From a virus (lineage: Duplodnaviria; Caudoviricetes), in IMG/VR virus record IMGVR_UViG_3300026159_000398: 64,000 nt of DNA. One strand, given 5' to 3'. The translations under genes were made by a program, and so were the position numbers. This document shows positions 29,607 to 39,699 of this stretch, piece by piece (within the stretch, counting starts at the first letter, position 1; every line of letters begins with the position of its first letter). Under the pieces are notes generated by a model. It worked only from the letters and a program-made list of their open reading frames with translations. It did not search any database and was not told where the DNA came from.

Positions 29607-30238
29607 TACATTTCCATCGAGAGTTGTTTGAACTCAGGTTTCTTAGTAGCATAGAAATACATTGAACGAATAGTGTGGATGTTCTTTTTGAGCATCTTGG
29701 CTATTTCATCCATTTTGTAGCCTTGCTGCTTTAGTATAATTATATTCTTTTCAGTGGGAGAAAATTTATTCAACATTTGCTCTTTAGAGATTTTGTTGAT
29801 AATTTGATCTTCCATTGAAAGAGAAGCACGCATAGGTTTCCATTTGGCTTCATAGTATTCACTTGAAGCTTCAACAGATTCTCCATGCTCTACCGATTTC
29901 CAGTTTTCCATGGAATGCTCATGAGCATTTTTCTTATTCATCTTTTTGCATTCTTGGATTAAATCGTTCTTGATTATCTCCCATGCCCATGTTGAAAGTT
30001 TGGCGGCTTTCTTGCTCTTTTCGTTGAAAGTATCAAGCGCCTTGAAAAGACCGATGCACGCTATTTGATACATATCGTCATAGTGGCTATCGGATTTTTT
30101 CGCAAACTTCAGAGTTATTTCGTTCAAAAATCCTTTATTGCGATTCATGAACAAATTGAACTTGCGAGGGTCTGCTTTGATTTCAAGAATACGCTCATTA
30201 GTCATGTCCGCTATTTTGTAGCTTTCCTTTTTGCTCAT
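29606..30238 (-). CDS. sigma70-family RNA polymerase sigma factor
   Basis: DDMYQIACIGLFKALDTF..KLSTWAWEIIKN (region 2); GYKMDEIAKML HTH (region 4). Confidence 0.85.
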   Translation of the reverse strand: MSKKESYKIADMTNERILEIKADPRKFNLFMNRNKGFLNEITLKFAKKSDSHYDDMYQIACIGLFKALDTFNEKSKKAAKLSTWAWEIIKNDLIQECKKMNKKNAHEHSMENWKSVEHGESVEASSEYYEAKWKPMRASLSMEDQIINKISKEQMLNKFSPTEKNIIILKQQGYKMDEIAKMLKKNIHTIRSMYFYATKKPEFKQLSMEM

Positions 30239-30334
30239 ACACTCTCCTGAAAATTTGTTGTGATATATTAAATATAATAAAATTTTATCAAAAAGTAAAC
30301 TAAAAATTTACATTCTAATAAAATTTTAAACTTC

Positions 30335-31072
30335 TTACATTAAAATCGAATATGCATACTTTTTCCAATCATGCGAAACTGCGTCGGGGTCTTTGCTTGC
30401 TGCTACCCATAACATAACATCCTCGAACACACGAAAATCCAGTCTCTTGACTTTGTTTACACCAATTTCTTTGGTGATGTAATGCCATGCTTCGTGTTTC
30501 CATTCAACTGGAACTTTAGCAGGCGGAGCATCTTCGAGATGTTCTTCGATGTACGGCGCGATTTCTGACGGACTCACGATTATTTCTATTGGACTTGTTC
30601 GACTTACTATTGCTGGGTCGATCTTGTTTTTAGGAATATTCGTGATCAGAATAACTTTGCTCTGAAAATCAAGAGTCGGCTTGAATGATTTCGTACCTTG
30701 AACAATGAGCATTGTCTGATCGAAATAAGTAATTCGTCTGACGGGTTCATTGGTAACCGCAGCACGAAGAATTTCGACATTTAATTTTTTGCGAATAATG
30801 TCATTAACATCATCGAAAACAATGATCATATTAGGGTCATTGTATTTATGCAATGTGACATACAAAGCTTGGGCGTCTTTAATACCACCTGTTATGTGAG
30901 TGAAAGGAACTCCTTCTTTTTCGAGTTCATCAACAACAGCGAATGATTTGCCGATACCTACACTGCCCATTATCAGTCGAGAAGTTTTATAACCTCTCGT
31001 AACTGCTCTCACTCCCATCCTCAACATCTCCATTTTCTCATTCAGAGACATTGTGTAGTCTTGTTTTTTCAT
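30335..31072 (-). CDS. AAA+ ATPase
   Basis: GSVGIGKS, IIVFDD, ILITN, SR motifs. Confidence 0.8.
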   Translation of the reverse strand: MKKQDYTMSLNEKMEMLRMGVRAVTRGYKTSRLIMGSVGIGKSFAVVDELEKEGVPFTHITGGIKDAQALYVTLHKYNDPNMIIVFDDVNDIIRKKLNVEILRAAVTNEPVRRITYFDQTMLIVQGTKSFKPTLDFQSKVILITNIPKNKIDPAIVSRTSPIEIIVSPSEIAPYIEEHLEDAPPAKVPVEWKHEAWHYITKEIGVNKVKRLDFRVFEDVMLWVAASKDPDAVSHDWKKYAYSILM

Positions 31073-31084
31073 TGTAACTTTGTC

Positions 31085-31414
31085 CTATTTGAAGAGCTTC
31101 AACTGTCCAGCTTTTGTTAGCTCTTCATCTTTTTGGTATTGTAGTTGATCATTGTACATTTTTATTGCTTCACTCAAATTCGGTGCGCTCCAACTACGAC
31201 CTTTGTCGTCTCTCACATAAATTGTCACTTCATGATTTGAATCATCATAGACTTCATCGCCATTTTCGACAATAAAATCATACAAATCATCTTTGTCAAT
31301 TGTTTCAAGAGCATCTATTCTTAGCATTTCACGCAATTGATCTGGAGAATCTACTTCCAGTTCATGTTCTATTTCAAGTGTATGGGCACTTTGAAAAACA
31401 ATTTTCATACTCAC
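31085..31414 (-). CDS. hypothetical acidic protein
   Basis: AGGAG SD. Confidence 0.55.
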   Translation of the reverse strand: MSMKIVFQSAHTLEIEHELEVDSPDQLREMLRIDALETIDKDDLYDFIVENGDEVYDDSNHEVTIYVRDDKGRSWSAPNLSEAIKMYNDQLQYQKDEELTKAGQLKLFK

Positions 31415-31756
31415 TCCTACGCCTTTTCGTCAAATTTCTGTCCTTTAAGAATTATATTCCGGGACCAATCCGTTTGTTTAGAATTATAGGGACATGGCTC
31501 ACTTATTTTTTCGATTGGTTTTACTTTTAGATTCTTTTTTACCGGAAACTGAATCACCACTGTTTGATTCGGCGCTGTCGGTTTTAACATCTTTTTTGCT
31601 CCCTAGTTTTAATATGATGCACATCAGTGTCGTGGCACCAATAATTACCCAATCATAGAATCCCATGTTATCCCTTCAGTTGTTTAAAAATGTAGTTGCC
31701 AAAAACTGCGGCAGCTATTAGAATCATCAACACTATCAGAATTACGGCCAATGTTT

Positions 31757-32530
31757 TCATTTCTTTTTTCCTATTTTCGCTATGTACTTTTGTAACAAAT
31801 TATTTTTTGGACCATCAATCATTGTTGAGTGGCTCCAAACAAGATTCTCAAAAAATGCATTGACTCGACTTACATCAATGTCAGCGTATTTATTGAACTT
31901 GCTCAACTTCAATGAGTTATCCAAAAGATACGCGGCCCATTCATCTTCAATACGGTCGGCAGTGTTGTATCTATTGGTCAACTGGGTTTGCATAATTTCT
32001 TGGTATGCTATTCCAGTTTTCTCGTAAATACGATTTACGAAAGTTTTGTAGCTCTTGTTTGCACAATAAAGAGCGTGAGACATTTCATGAATCAAAGTTG
32101 TTTCTGGGCTGACGCCATTTTCTTTGCAAGTTATTTTATTGATCGCAATGATCGCGAACTTGCGGAGTTTCTTGCATGTTTTTCCATTAGTGGTAAAACA
32201 TTCAAATTTCTCCAATGATTTCAGAACGGATTTTTCTTCTTTAGAAAGACTTTCATTAAATAGAGGATAAAATTCCGTCAAATGAAAATCCTGCATGAAG
32301 AGACCATAATATGAAGTCTCGTATGGATTTTCTTTTTCCAACATGAGACTCCAGTTTGAAAAATCTTCTGCTGTTATAAACTTCGCTTTGTCCTCAAAAA
32401 AGCATTCGAAATTGAATGCTTCACTTATTCGCAAGAAATAAGTTGTCATATCAAGCGGGTTTTCCACAAGATACAAAAAGATTCGAAGGTTGTTGATGTC
32501 AACGACCGTAGGCTTGATGAAATTGATCAT
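31757..32530 (-). CDS. zincin-like metallopeptidase domain protein
   Basis: LIHEMSHA (HExxH) and downstream DEWAAY. Confidence 0.6.
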   Translation of the reverse strand: MINFIKPTVVDINNLRIFLYLVENPLDMTTYFLRISEAFNFECFFEDKAKFITAEDFSNWSLMLEKENPYETSYYGLFMQDFHLTEFYPLFNESLSKEEKSVLKSLEKFECFTTNGKTCKKLRKFAIIAINKITCKENGVSPETTLIHEMSHALYCANKSYKTFVNRIYEKTGIAYQEIMQTQLTNRYNTADRIEDEWAAYLLDNSLKLSKFNKYADIDVSRVNAFFENLVWSHSTMIDGPKNNLLQKYIAKIGKKK

Positions 32531-34766
32531 GAATCGTTCCTGATTAAAATATCTTCGAGCTGCTTATGAAAATATTTTAATTCAGAAGCGGTCGCAGGTC
32601 TTATTTTTATTTGGTCGCCATTTGCCAGCGCCAGTTGAACCTCGGCCCATGAAAAGCGAGAATAGTGTTTATGGTGCTTTTCGTAGACCGAACTCATTAT
32701 GGTGCAAGATTTTGAATAAAAATCCTCGCCTATGAAAATTAAATTATGCGTCACTGGTTTTTTACTTTTTTTCATTTAATATCCTATCCATGTTGTCTAG
32801 GGCACGTTGAAAATGAAATGTCACCCAATCCGATATCGGCAATTGAAGACGTAAAAGCCATTTGAATCTGGTGACCAATTGTGAATAACCAATCCAGAAC
32901 GCAACTTGAATTCCGTAAAACCACGCTCTGAACCATTGGCTCCATGTGATGTAGTCAGGATTGTCTTTATTCATCAGCTGCACCTCATAGAAATTTCTGT
33001 TACTTGTTGTTTGTCTGTTTTTATTTCAGTAACAGACCAATCTTCTTTTGAAGAAGAAGGATATTCAGTAAGTGCCAATCCTAATGCCACTGATTCGCAT
33101 TCAGCAACTACAATGGTTTCTATTTCTTCAAAAGCTCCACGATTGCCATGCCAATAATATGAGCAATGAAAAACTTTTAAAGACTTAGTTTCTGTTTCAG
33201 TAAGTTTTTCTTCAAGTTTTTCTTCGAGTTTCTTTGCTTGAAATGCCCACCAATCACGCTCTTCCCATGTGAACATGAAACGCGGGCATTTAAGTTTTTC
33301 AGTCATTACTCATCGCCCTCCTCTTCTTTATCAGCCGAAGATTTTCTGCGCATTATCTTTTGGCCACCAGATCTCGCCAATTTCTTGAGTTCACGTTCTT
33401 TTTTCTTTTCAGCTTTGTAACGTTTGGCAGCAGCACGGTCTTCTTCAGTAATGAAGACAGTTTGGGCATCGTAGCCAAGTTCTTTTCGTTCGGCATGCAG
33501 AACATGAAGTTGTTCACGAAGCCCAAGATGTTCAGGGCAACCACGTTTTCCATTGGCAGTGTATTGCCAAATTTTCAACGTAAGTTCGTGCATTTGTTCA
33601 GTGATAGCTTCTATGCGAGCAGCATTCAACTTCTTGCGTTTCTTTTCTTCACGATACGCCTTGAGTTCACCACGTTTCCACTTATTCTTGCCACGCTTTT
33701 TACGGCCAGTAGGAGTGAGTTCTTCCTCTTCTTGCTCCTCAACAATACCGTCTTTCAAGGCTTCCATTGCGGTAAGGTCTTCCATGTTACTCTCCTCTTC
33801 TGAGTTAACGACGTTTGTCGGCGCTTTGAATTTCTGCTGCTAATTGATTATATCGAATCTCGATATATTTTTCTCCATTGTGGAGACGCTCATATATGTT
33901 GCTTGCATTACCAAAACTTTGACCATGTTCTACAAGCAAATATTCTTCCATATACCCAATGAGATGGGCTTTTGCGGCCATTATAGGATGACGATTTTTA
34001 TCCTTGAGCCACTCATGAAAATGTTTCAAATCATAATTCGCCATTTGCAATCCTCAGTAATTGTCCACAATATTTCTTGACACGCTTACGAGCATCATCA
34101 AGATGACGACCAGACAGGTGACGGCCCGACTTAAGCCAACAAGCATAATACGTCATGCGATGGGCATCAGGTCCGTTGAATCCACGAAAATTTTGATATT
34201 TGGAAGTTTCAGAGACTTGCTCGTCTCTTGTTTGGCGTTCATAGATGGCTAGAATGGCCCTCTCAAGCCACCTTTGATCAGTAGCTATTTTTGCCTCGAT
34301 ATGCTCTTTTGTTATGCTGTTCATGATAATATCATAACATTAAAAGAGGTTTTTGTAAATACTTTTATTAGATAATCAGGCGTTTATGATATTCTTCCGC
34401 CATAACTTCTTTTGTCTTACGGGGGTCATAGTCTCTTAAAAATTCAGAAACTATTTTGAGCGCCATTTGATTGGGTGTGGTTAATGAATCATTGTCCTTT
34501 GCGGCGTCACAAAGTTTTGTATAGGTGTCGTTTTCAAGTGCGAATGCGACGGTTTGGCAGTAAAGATTGTCTTTGACAACTTCACGAACTTTTTTAGCAC
34601 AACGTTCAATAAAAGCAATGCAATCATCAGGCCTCGATGATGAATAAACTTCTTTCCATTTGAAAAGTTTCTTTTTTTCGACAGCGTATGCTACTGAACT
34701 GCCTTGCATCACTCTTACAAAACGAAATTTATTATTCTTCATAGTCATCCTCAACAAGCGCTCCAC
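32527..34766 (-). other. cluster of small hypothetical genes (32527-32775, 32762-32983, 32974-33306, 33306-33785, 33805-34050, 34031-34324, 34368-34766)
   Basis: Tightly packed - strand ORFs with no recognisable motifs. Confidence 0.55.
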
Positions 34767-34944
34767 TTACGCATTGAAAACTTAATTGACACACTCCACA
34801 GTTTTCGCAGAGTTCAGGGTGAATAAAACATTTTTTGTATTGGCCACGAATATCAATTGGTTCAGTAGATTGAAATATCGCACCCATCGGGCATTGCATG
34901 ACGCAAAGCCCGCAGCCAATACACTTACTTTCAATTATCTTCAT
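34732..34944 (-). CDS. 2x[4Fe-4S] ferredoxin
   Basis: CIGCGLCVMQCP and CENCGVC..C. Confidence 0.85.
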   Translation of the reverse strand: MKIIESKCIGCGLCVMQCPMGAIFQSTEPIDIRGQYKKCFIHPELCENCGVCQLSFQCVSGALVEDDYEE

Positions 34945-35147
34945 ATCTTTTTGTTTAAGTGTAATTGTATTTCTTCGTCAATCAACTTCTCAAATGCATC
35001 ATCTTCGAGTGCATGCATTTTATCAGGGTTCATGGCGATTTGGTAAAGGATATTGTAAATCATTTGACCAAAACGAAGATCGGGGTATGTCTTCCATAAA
35101 CCACGAAGCTTTCCGATAATTCTGTCGATTCTGTCAATGTCTCTCAT
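34941..35147 (-). CDS. hypothetical protein (MRDxxRI..W..PDLRFGQ family)
   Basis: Motif recurrent in small phage proteins. Confidence 0.55.
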   Translation of the reverse strand: MRDIDRIDRIIGKLRGLWKTYPDLRFGQMIYNILYQIAMNPDKMHALEDDAFEKLIDEEIQLHLNKKI

Positions 35148-35428
35148 TTGTAACCTTTTTTAATACACTCTTCAATTTCTTTTTCGGACCACATTTTACG
35201 TTTGGCCCATGCACCAGCCTTTTTGATTTTGATGTTCAAAACAGGTTGATGATTGTCTTGAACTAATTTGAAGAACCACCAATAAAGTTTTTCTTCGTCT
35301 TTTGTGGATGTCATACAAAAATCGTATCCTAAATACTGAGGACCACCAGCTCTCATGTCAACAATATCATTACGCTCGCAGTCAATAGTGATCTCGAATA
35401 CGTTTTTTGCCATGATGTTCACCACCAT
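35144..35428 (-). CDS. hypothetical protein
   Basis: ORF downstream of tmRNA. Confidence 0.5.
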   Translation of the reverse strand: MVVNIMAKNVFEITIDCERNDIVDMRAGGPQYLGYDFCMTSTKDEEKLYWWFFKLVQDNHQPVLNIKIKKAGAWAKRKMWSEKEIEECIKKGYK

Positions 35429-35455
35429 CTTTAGAGTTGTGACTCACTCTTGATG

Positions 35456-35801
35456 TGGACCCGCGGAGAGTCGAACTCCGGTCTTACATAAATACAACTA
35501 ATGTTGAATTACAAGCTTTTTTCATTTTTCTATCTTTGGTAGTGCACCATAAAATGAATAAACGCGTAGCACCTAACATGTTTTTGTTTCAGTTGAAAGC
35601 CAACACCCAAATTGAATTCAATCAACCTATCCTCTAAATGAAGGTGATCAGTAGTCGAGGAATCTATCTGACACCATGTTGCTTAGTTATTAAGCAGCGA
35701 GTTGTTCTTCAGCATTTAACTGTTTTGCCCCGTTTAACCACTCTGAGCAAGTGGGCTTGCACCATTAACTTTACCTCTGCAATCGAAACCAGTTCGGGCC
35801 C
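35456..35801 (-). ncRNA. ssrA: tmRNA, tag peptide (A)AEEQLAA
   Basis: 5' GGGCCCG pairs with 3' CGGGUCC-A (G3:U alanine identity); T-arm CGGAG-UUCGACU-CUCCG; tag ORF GCT GAA GAA CAA CTC GCT GCT TAA TAA starting at 35713. Confidence 0.93.
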
Positions 35802-36524
35802 TCAGGTTCTTAATTCTTTAATATCTTTTTCAGTGATAACAATAAACTTATCACCTAAAATTTTTTTTGCAGCTTTAAATTTTGCTTTATTAACAGGATT
35901 TTTGACAGCAAAACTTGCTTTTATTTCTACTATTACATCTGTTTCAGGCAAATAAAAATCAGGGTAATAATAATGTTTTTGATTTTTAAAAAAATATAAA
36001 ATTCTATGTTCTTTTGTGTCGGCTTTTTGAAATAAAATATTATTTTGTTCTAAAAATTTCATGTAATTTAATTCATAATTAGATTGATAAATAAAATCTT
36101 TATAAATACCTTGTTTTCCTCTGCCATTAACATTTTTATTTTTAGGACTCCATGCATCTCTTGCTTTGGCGCGTTCAGTTTCGTTTTGATATCTTTTAGT
36201 TTGTGCTTCACTCATTTTCTTTTTAGCTATTTCTGAATGTGTTTTACCTAATCTGATAGTATTATTTTTCATTATTTTGCTATAACGTTTTCGTTCTTTT
36301 GGATTATTGAATCTAACTTTTTGTGATTCGCTAATACTTCTTAAACTAATATTGTTTGCTTTTAATACTCTTCGGATACATGTATCAGAACATCCAAACA
36401 ATTTAGCAATTTGTCTAGGAATTTGTTTTTCATGGACATACAATCGTATAATCTCATTTTGTTGTTCAGAAGTAAACTTAATCATGGTTTTATGCTTCTT
36501 TGAAGTCTTGACATCCATCTGCAT
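35802..36524 (-). CDS. homing endonuclease: HTH + NUMOD3 + PD-(D/E)xK
   Basis: RQIAKLFGCS HTH; YYPDFYLP..IVEIK. Confidence 0.8.
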   Translation of the reverse strand: MQMDVKTSKKHKTMIKFTSEQQNEIIRLYVHEKQIPRQIAKLFGCSDTCIRRVLKANNISLRSISESQKVRFNNPKERKRYSKIMKNNTIRLGKTHSEIAKKKMSEAQTKRYQNETERAKARDAWSPKNKNVNGRGKQGIYKDFIYQSNYELNYMKFLEQNNILFQKADTKEHRILYFFKNQKHYYYPDFYLPETDVIVEIKASFAVKNPVNKAKFKAAKKILGDKFIVITEKDIKELRT

Positions 36525-36693
36525 TTCGTGGCATCATAATCATTGCACCATATTTTTCAGACAATTTGGTACAAACAATATGTTGACCGAGAATTATCAA
36601 TTTGAAAGCATCTTTATTCATCGAAGGAAATAAAGTATGTAGTTCAACAATGGGAATATCTCCACCTCTGACACAAAATTCGCAGTTATGCAT
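36490..36693 (-). CDS. small Cys-rich hypothetical protein
   Basis: GGAGG SD before ATG 36693. Confidence 0.5.
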   Translation of the reverse strand: MHNCEFCVRGGDIPIVELHTLFPSMNKDAFKLIILGQHIVCTKLSEKYGAMIMMPRNADGCQDFKEA

Positions 36694-36702
36694 AATTCCT
36701 CC

Positions 36703-36780
36703 AAAAAAAATACCGTGGAGACCAAGCAAAAATCTTTTTAAAACCCGCCTATCTCCACCAGCTTGATTCTCCACGGTATT
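36703..36780 (-). ncRNA. promoter-proximal long hairpin with U8 tail (sRNA or leader terminator)
   Basis: AAUACCGUGGAGA / UCUCCACGGUAUU stem right after the TAATATAAT motif at 36791. Confidence 0.5.
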
Positions 36781-36801
36781 AACTTATATAATTATATTAC
36801 G

Positions 36802-36957
36802 TCATTCACTGCTTTGTTTAGATTTTTTATGCGCATCATCCGGAATTTTTTCGTCCCATGATAAGCAACTATAAATTCCGTTTTCTGGCGCTTTACAGAA
36901 ATGACATTCTGCTTCAGAAAGAACGATCTGCTTACTTTTTTTACAGTAACCTATCAT
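36802..36957 (-). CDS. small Cys-containing protein (51 aa, below the ORF-track cutoff)
   Basis: MIGYCKKSKQIVLSEAECHFCK..; ATGA overlap with the Ro60 stop. Confidence 0.45.
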   Translation of the reverse strand: MIGYCKKSKQIVLSEAECHFCKAPENGIYSCLSWDEKIPDDAHKKSKQSSE

Positions 36958-38570
36958 ATCTTTCCAGCAACAAATTCACTTATTACTCGAGGCGCATTTG
37001 CATCAAATCCTACGATGTCCAACATTCCAGCATCATTTGGGTCAGCAATTGAGAATCCATTACTGTTCATACCCACAACGATCAGACGAGCATCATGAAC
37101 AAATTGGTTACGGTATTGTTTCAATGCTTGCACAGGTTGAATATTTCCAGCCCATGTTTCATTGTCTGTGTAGACGATGAAAGCATCAAACATATATTTC
37201 TTTTCTTTTGCCCAAATCATTGGCAATGCGCAATCTGTTCCTCCGAAATTGACACCATCAACTTTGTTCAAAATGGCTTCAAAACTCATGTTTGGAGTAA
37301 TGTCAAGTTTTTGGAATCTGTTGTTGAAAGCCATGATTGTGTATTCTTTTTCAACACGAGCAGTTACCATAGCCATCAATGCTGAACATTCAGCACATGT
37401 TAAAATTCCACTTGAAATTTCAGAACTCATAGAGCCTGATACGTCTATTCCAAGAAGCATTCTTTTTCCAGAAGGCTCAATTGTTTTGAAGCTCAAGTAA
37501 AACGCTTGTTCAAGAGCATCAACAATTTTTCGCACTGGAGTCCATGTCAAGTTGCCTCTGAAGCCACGACCCATGCTATAAGTTTTTTGAGCGAGAAGAA
37601 TATCCATAGGGTGAATACGGCTTTTCTTTAGATACGCTTCATCTGTGATTTTACTTACGACCATGCTCACGTATTCATTTTGGCCACTATCAAGAACTCC
37701 AATAGAAGTCAGACGATTCAAGTTGCGAATGAGAGCCTTCAGAGGAATATCTTTCAAAGCTGCTTTCCATACTGCGACATTGTTTTTTATCTCAGTTGGC
37801 CATGCATCTTGAGGAATCTTGTGCTCAGCGATCAATTCAATAGAACGCTTGACATCTTCTGCACGAAGAGACTTCAATTCTTCGGTTGCATAAACCAAAG
37901 GAAGATCTTCTGTAAACTCGTTCTTTACGGCATACTTAAACAACTGTGCGTGCACAGGAGTCATAGGTTTGACGTGTGCAGAACGCAGAATATCTTTGTG
38001 TGTCCATTGGTTCTCTGTTCCTTGAACAGTACGGCCTGCATATTTGATCATTTGATATTCAAGTTTTGTTGGGTCCATTGAATACCAGTTGCCAAATGCG
38101 TTACGAATGGCACGTCCCCAGCTTCTCAGATCGTCAATGTACTGGGCAAATGTAAACATGTGTGTTCCAGTACGGCAAATCTCAGGGAACATTCTCGATG
38201 CCGCATGTTTGATTATCTTGTCGTCTGTTTCTGAAAACAAAACTGCAAGCAGCATAATTGCTGGGTCATTCTTGTGTGCACGGCCTTCGACAGAAATATT
38301 GTACAGCATTGTAAGAACTTTTCCTGCATCTTCCTTAATGCAAGCAATGCTGTTCTTGATATTCTCTTTTGTCAGTTTGTTTTCACGTATGTAGTAAGTG
38401 CCGCCCTCACTTCCGAGAATCAGGAATCTTTCAAGACGTTTCCATTTGTCAAGTGCAAATGAGAATCCACCGGCTGAGTTGGCAACCATGTCTGCCTCAC
38501 GACCTGGTATAGGTTTTGATTGAGGAGTAACAGTTTTCTTTGCTTGACTGTTTGTGTAGTTGTGTGCCAT
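36954..38570 (-). CDS. rsr: Ro60/Rsr TROVE-domain RNA-binding protein
   Basis: NSAGGFSF..LERFLILGSEGGTYY, RTGTHMF, WGRAIR, SRIHP, DVSGSM vWA, GGTDCALP, TDNETW, GFDA. Confidence 0.95.
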   Translation of the reverse strand: MAHNYTNSQAKKTVTPQSKPIPGREADMVANSAGGFSFALDKWKRLERFLILGSEGGTYYIRENKLTKENIKNSIACIKEDAGKVLTMLYNISVEGRAHKNDPAIMLLAVLFSETDDKIIKHAASRMFPEICRTGTHMFTFAQYIDDLRSWGRAIRNAFGNWYSMDPTKLEYQMIKYAGRTVQGTENQWTHKDILRSAHVKPMTPVHAQLFKYAVKNEFTEDLPLVYATEELKSLRAEDVKRSIELIAEHKIPQDAWPTEIKNNVAVWKAALKDIPLKALIRNLNRLTSIGVLDSGQNEYVSMVVSKITDEAYLKKSRIHPMDILLAQKTYSMGRGFRGNLTWTPVRKIVDALEQAFYLSFKTIEPSGKRMLLGIDVSGSMSSEISSGILTCAECSALMAMVTARVEKEYTIMAFNNRFQKLDITPNMSFEAILNKVDGVNFGGTDCALPMIWAKEKKYMFDAFIVYTDNETWAGNIQPVQALKQYRNQFVHDARLIVVGMNSNGFSIADPNDAGMLDIVGFDANAPRVISEFVAGKI

Positions 38571-38600
38571 TTTATATCTCCATTTAGATTATTTGCGACC

Positions 38601-38638
38601 AAAAAAAACCACCCGTATCATCATTTGGTACGGGTGGT
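38601..38638 (-). terminator. intrinsic terminator in the Ro60 leader
   Basis: ACCACCCGUA / UACGGGUGGU stem + U8, ~30 nt upstream of the Ro60 ATG. Confidence 0.8.
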
Positions 38639-38705
38639 CTTGTGGTTGGTTCGTAGCTTCAAAGATTTTACCTCCTCGCTAGGAACCATCATACAATAGG
38701 TATCT

Positions 38706-38757
38706 GATAACGCTTATCCCCCGTACCTTTTAAATAAGGTCAAATTTTTGGAAAGCG
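38706..38757 (-). promoter_or_regulatory. loop-closed Ro-binding helix in the Ro60 leader
   Basis: CGCUUUCC-AAAAA-UUUGACCUU-loop-AAGGUACGGGGGAUAAGCG-UUAUC; same motif as the Y RNA at 38857. Confidence 0.65.
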
Positions 38758-38856
38758 ATATTGCTCTCTATTGAGAGCAGCGATTTTTAAAACCGTTAAG
38801 TCATAAAAATCTCCTGTAAAAATAAGTTCGTTGAGACTAGTAACTAATAAAAAATT

Positions 38857-38945
38857 GATCGGTCAAGTTGATGGATTGGGAGAGTGGCACATGGCCACGA
38901 TACACACCAAAAGTTTGTAGATAACCCAAGTCCTTCCGTACCGTC
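38857..38945 (-). ncRNA. Y RNA (Ro60 partner)
   Basis: 5' CGGUACGG..GGACUUGGGUUAUC pairs with 3' CCCAAUCC..CUUGACCG, matching the GGUCCGA/CUUGAC bulged helix of Y RNAs; own promoter at 38959 and a U-run after it; next to Ro60. Confidence 0.75.
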
Positions 38946-38974
38946 TAAACTATATAGAATTATATTACATGCGA

Positions 38975-39460
38975 CTATTTTTTTATAGGTTTTTTTTCTT
39001 TTTTTGCCACTTTTTTCTTGCGTGCGGCTTTAACTTCTGCTAATCTTTCGTCTTCTTTTTCTTGAAAAGCTTTCTGCAGTGCTATAGATTGTTCGTGATG
39101 GATTTTGGTATTGACATTCATTGTTGCCATAAGCCAATTTTTACGGAGCCATCTTATAAGTTCAACAATTGGAAGAGATGTAATTCCTGCGACAACTATA
39201 TCAGAACCACCAATAACCCAATACATTTCATTGACGGTTTTGAATGTCACGAATCCTGAAAAAATCCATCCAATCATATTAACATGAAGCCACCCAATAC
39301 AAAATACAACTCCAGCAAATATACACATTATCGCTACTGAAATGGCTATTATCAATAAAAACCCCGCAAGACATCGTGGTCCTGTGAATAAAGCATGTTT
39401 AAGTTCTTCTCTTTTCAGTCGAAAGAATTCTTTCCAGATCATTTTAAGTTTATTATCCAT
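38975..39460 (-). CDS. membrane protein
   Basis: Two hydrophobic segments. Confidence 0.55.
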   Translation of the reverse strand: MDNKLKMIWKEFFRLKREELKHALFTGPRCLAGFLLIIAISVAIMCIFAGVVFCIGWLHVNMIGWIFSGFVTFKTVNEMYWVIGGSDIVVAGITSLPIVELIRWLRKNWLMATMNVNTKIHHEQSIALQKAFQEKEDERLAEVKAARKKKVAKKEKKPIKK

Positions 39461-39462
39461 AT

Positions 39463-39699
39463 TTATTTCCTTACCATTACTTTACAATTTCTCATTATCG
39501 ATGTAGAAAAACAATATGTTTTTGAATAATCTGTATTTTGGCGACAAATTGTTGATTCTTTGATTGCAACTTTGTATTCTTGTTCTGAACATTTATATTC
39601 TTCAAGAGCATAGTTGTAATTTGTTCCAACTTCATGTCCCAGACAACCAACAAAAAATAGTAAACAAATAAACAATAGTGCTTTTTTCATTACTTCCAC
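39463..39699 (-). CDS. putative lipoprotein
   Basis: MKKALLFICLLFFVGC. Confidence 0.5.
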   Translation of the reverse strand: MEVMKKALLFICLLFFVGCLGHEVGTNYNYALEEYKCSEQEYKVAIKESTICRQNTDYSKTYCFSTSIMRNCKVMVRK

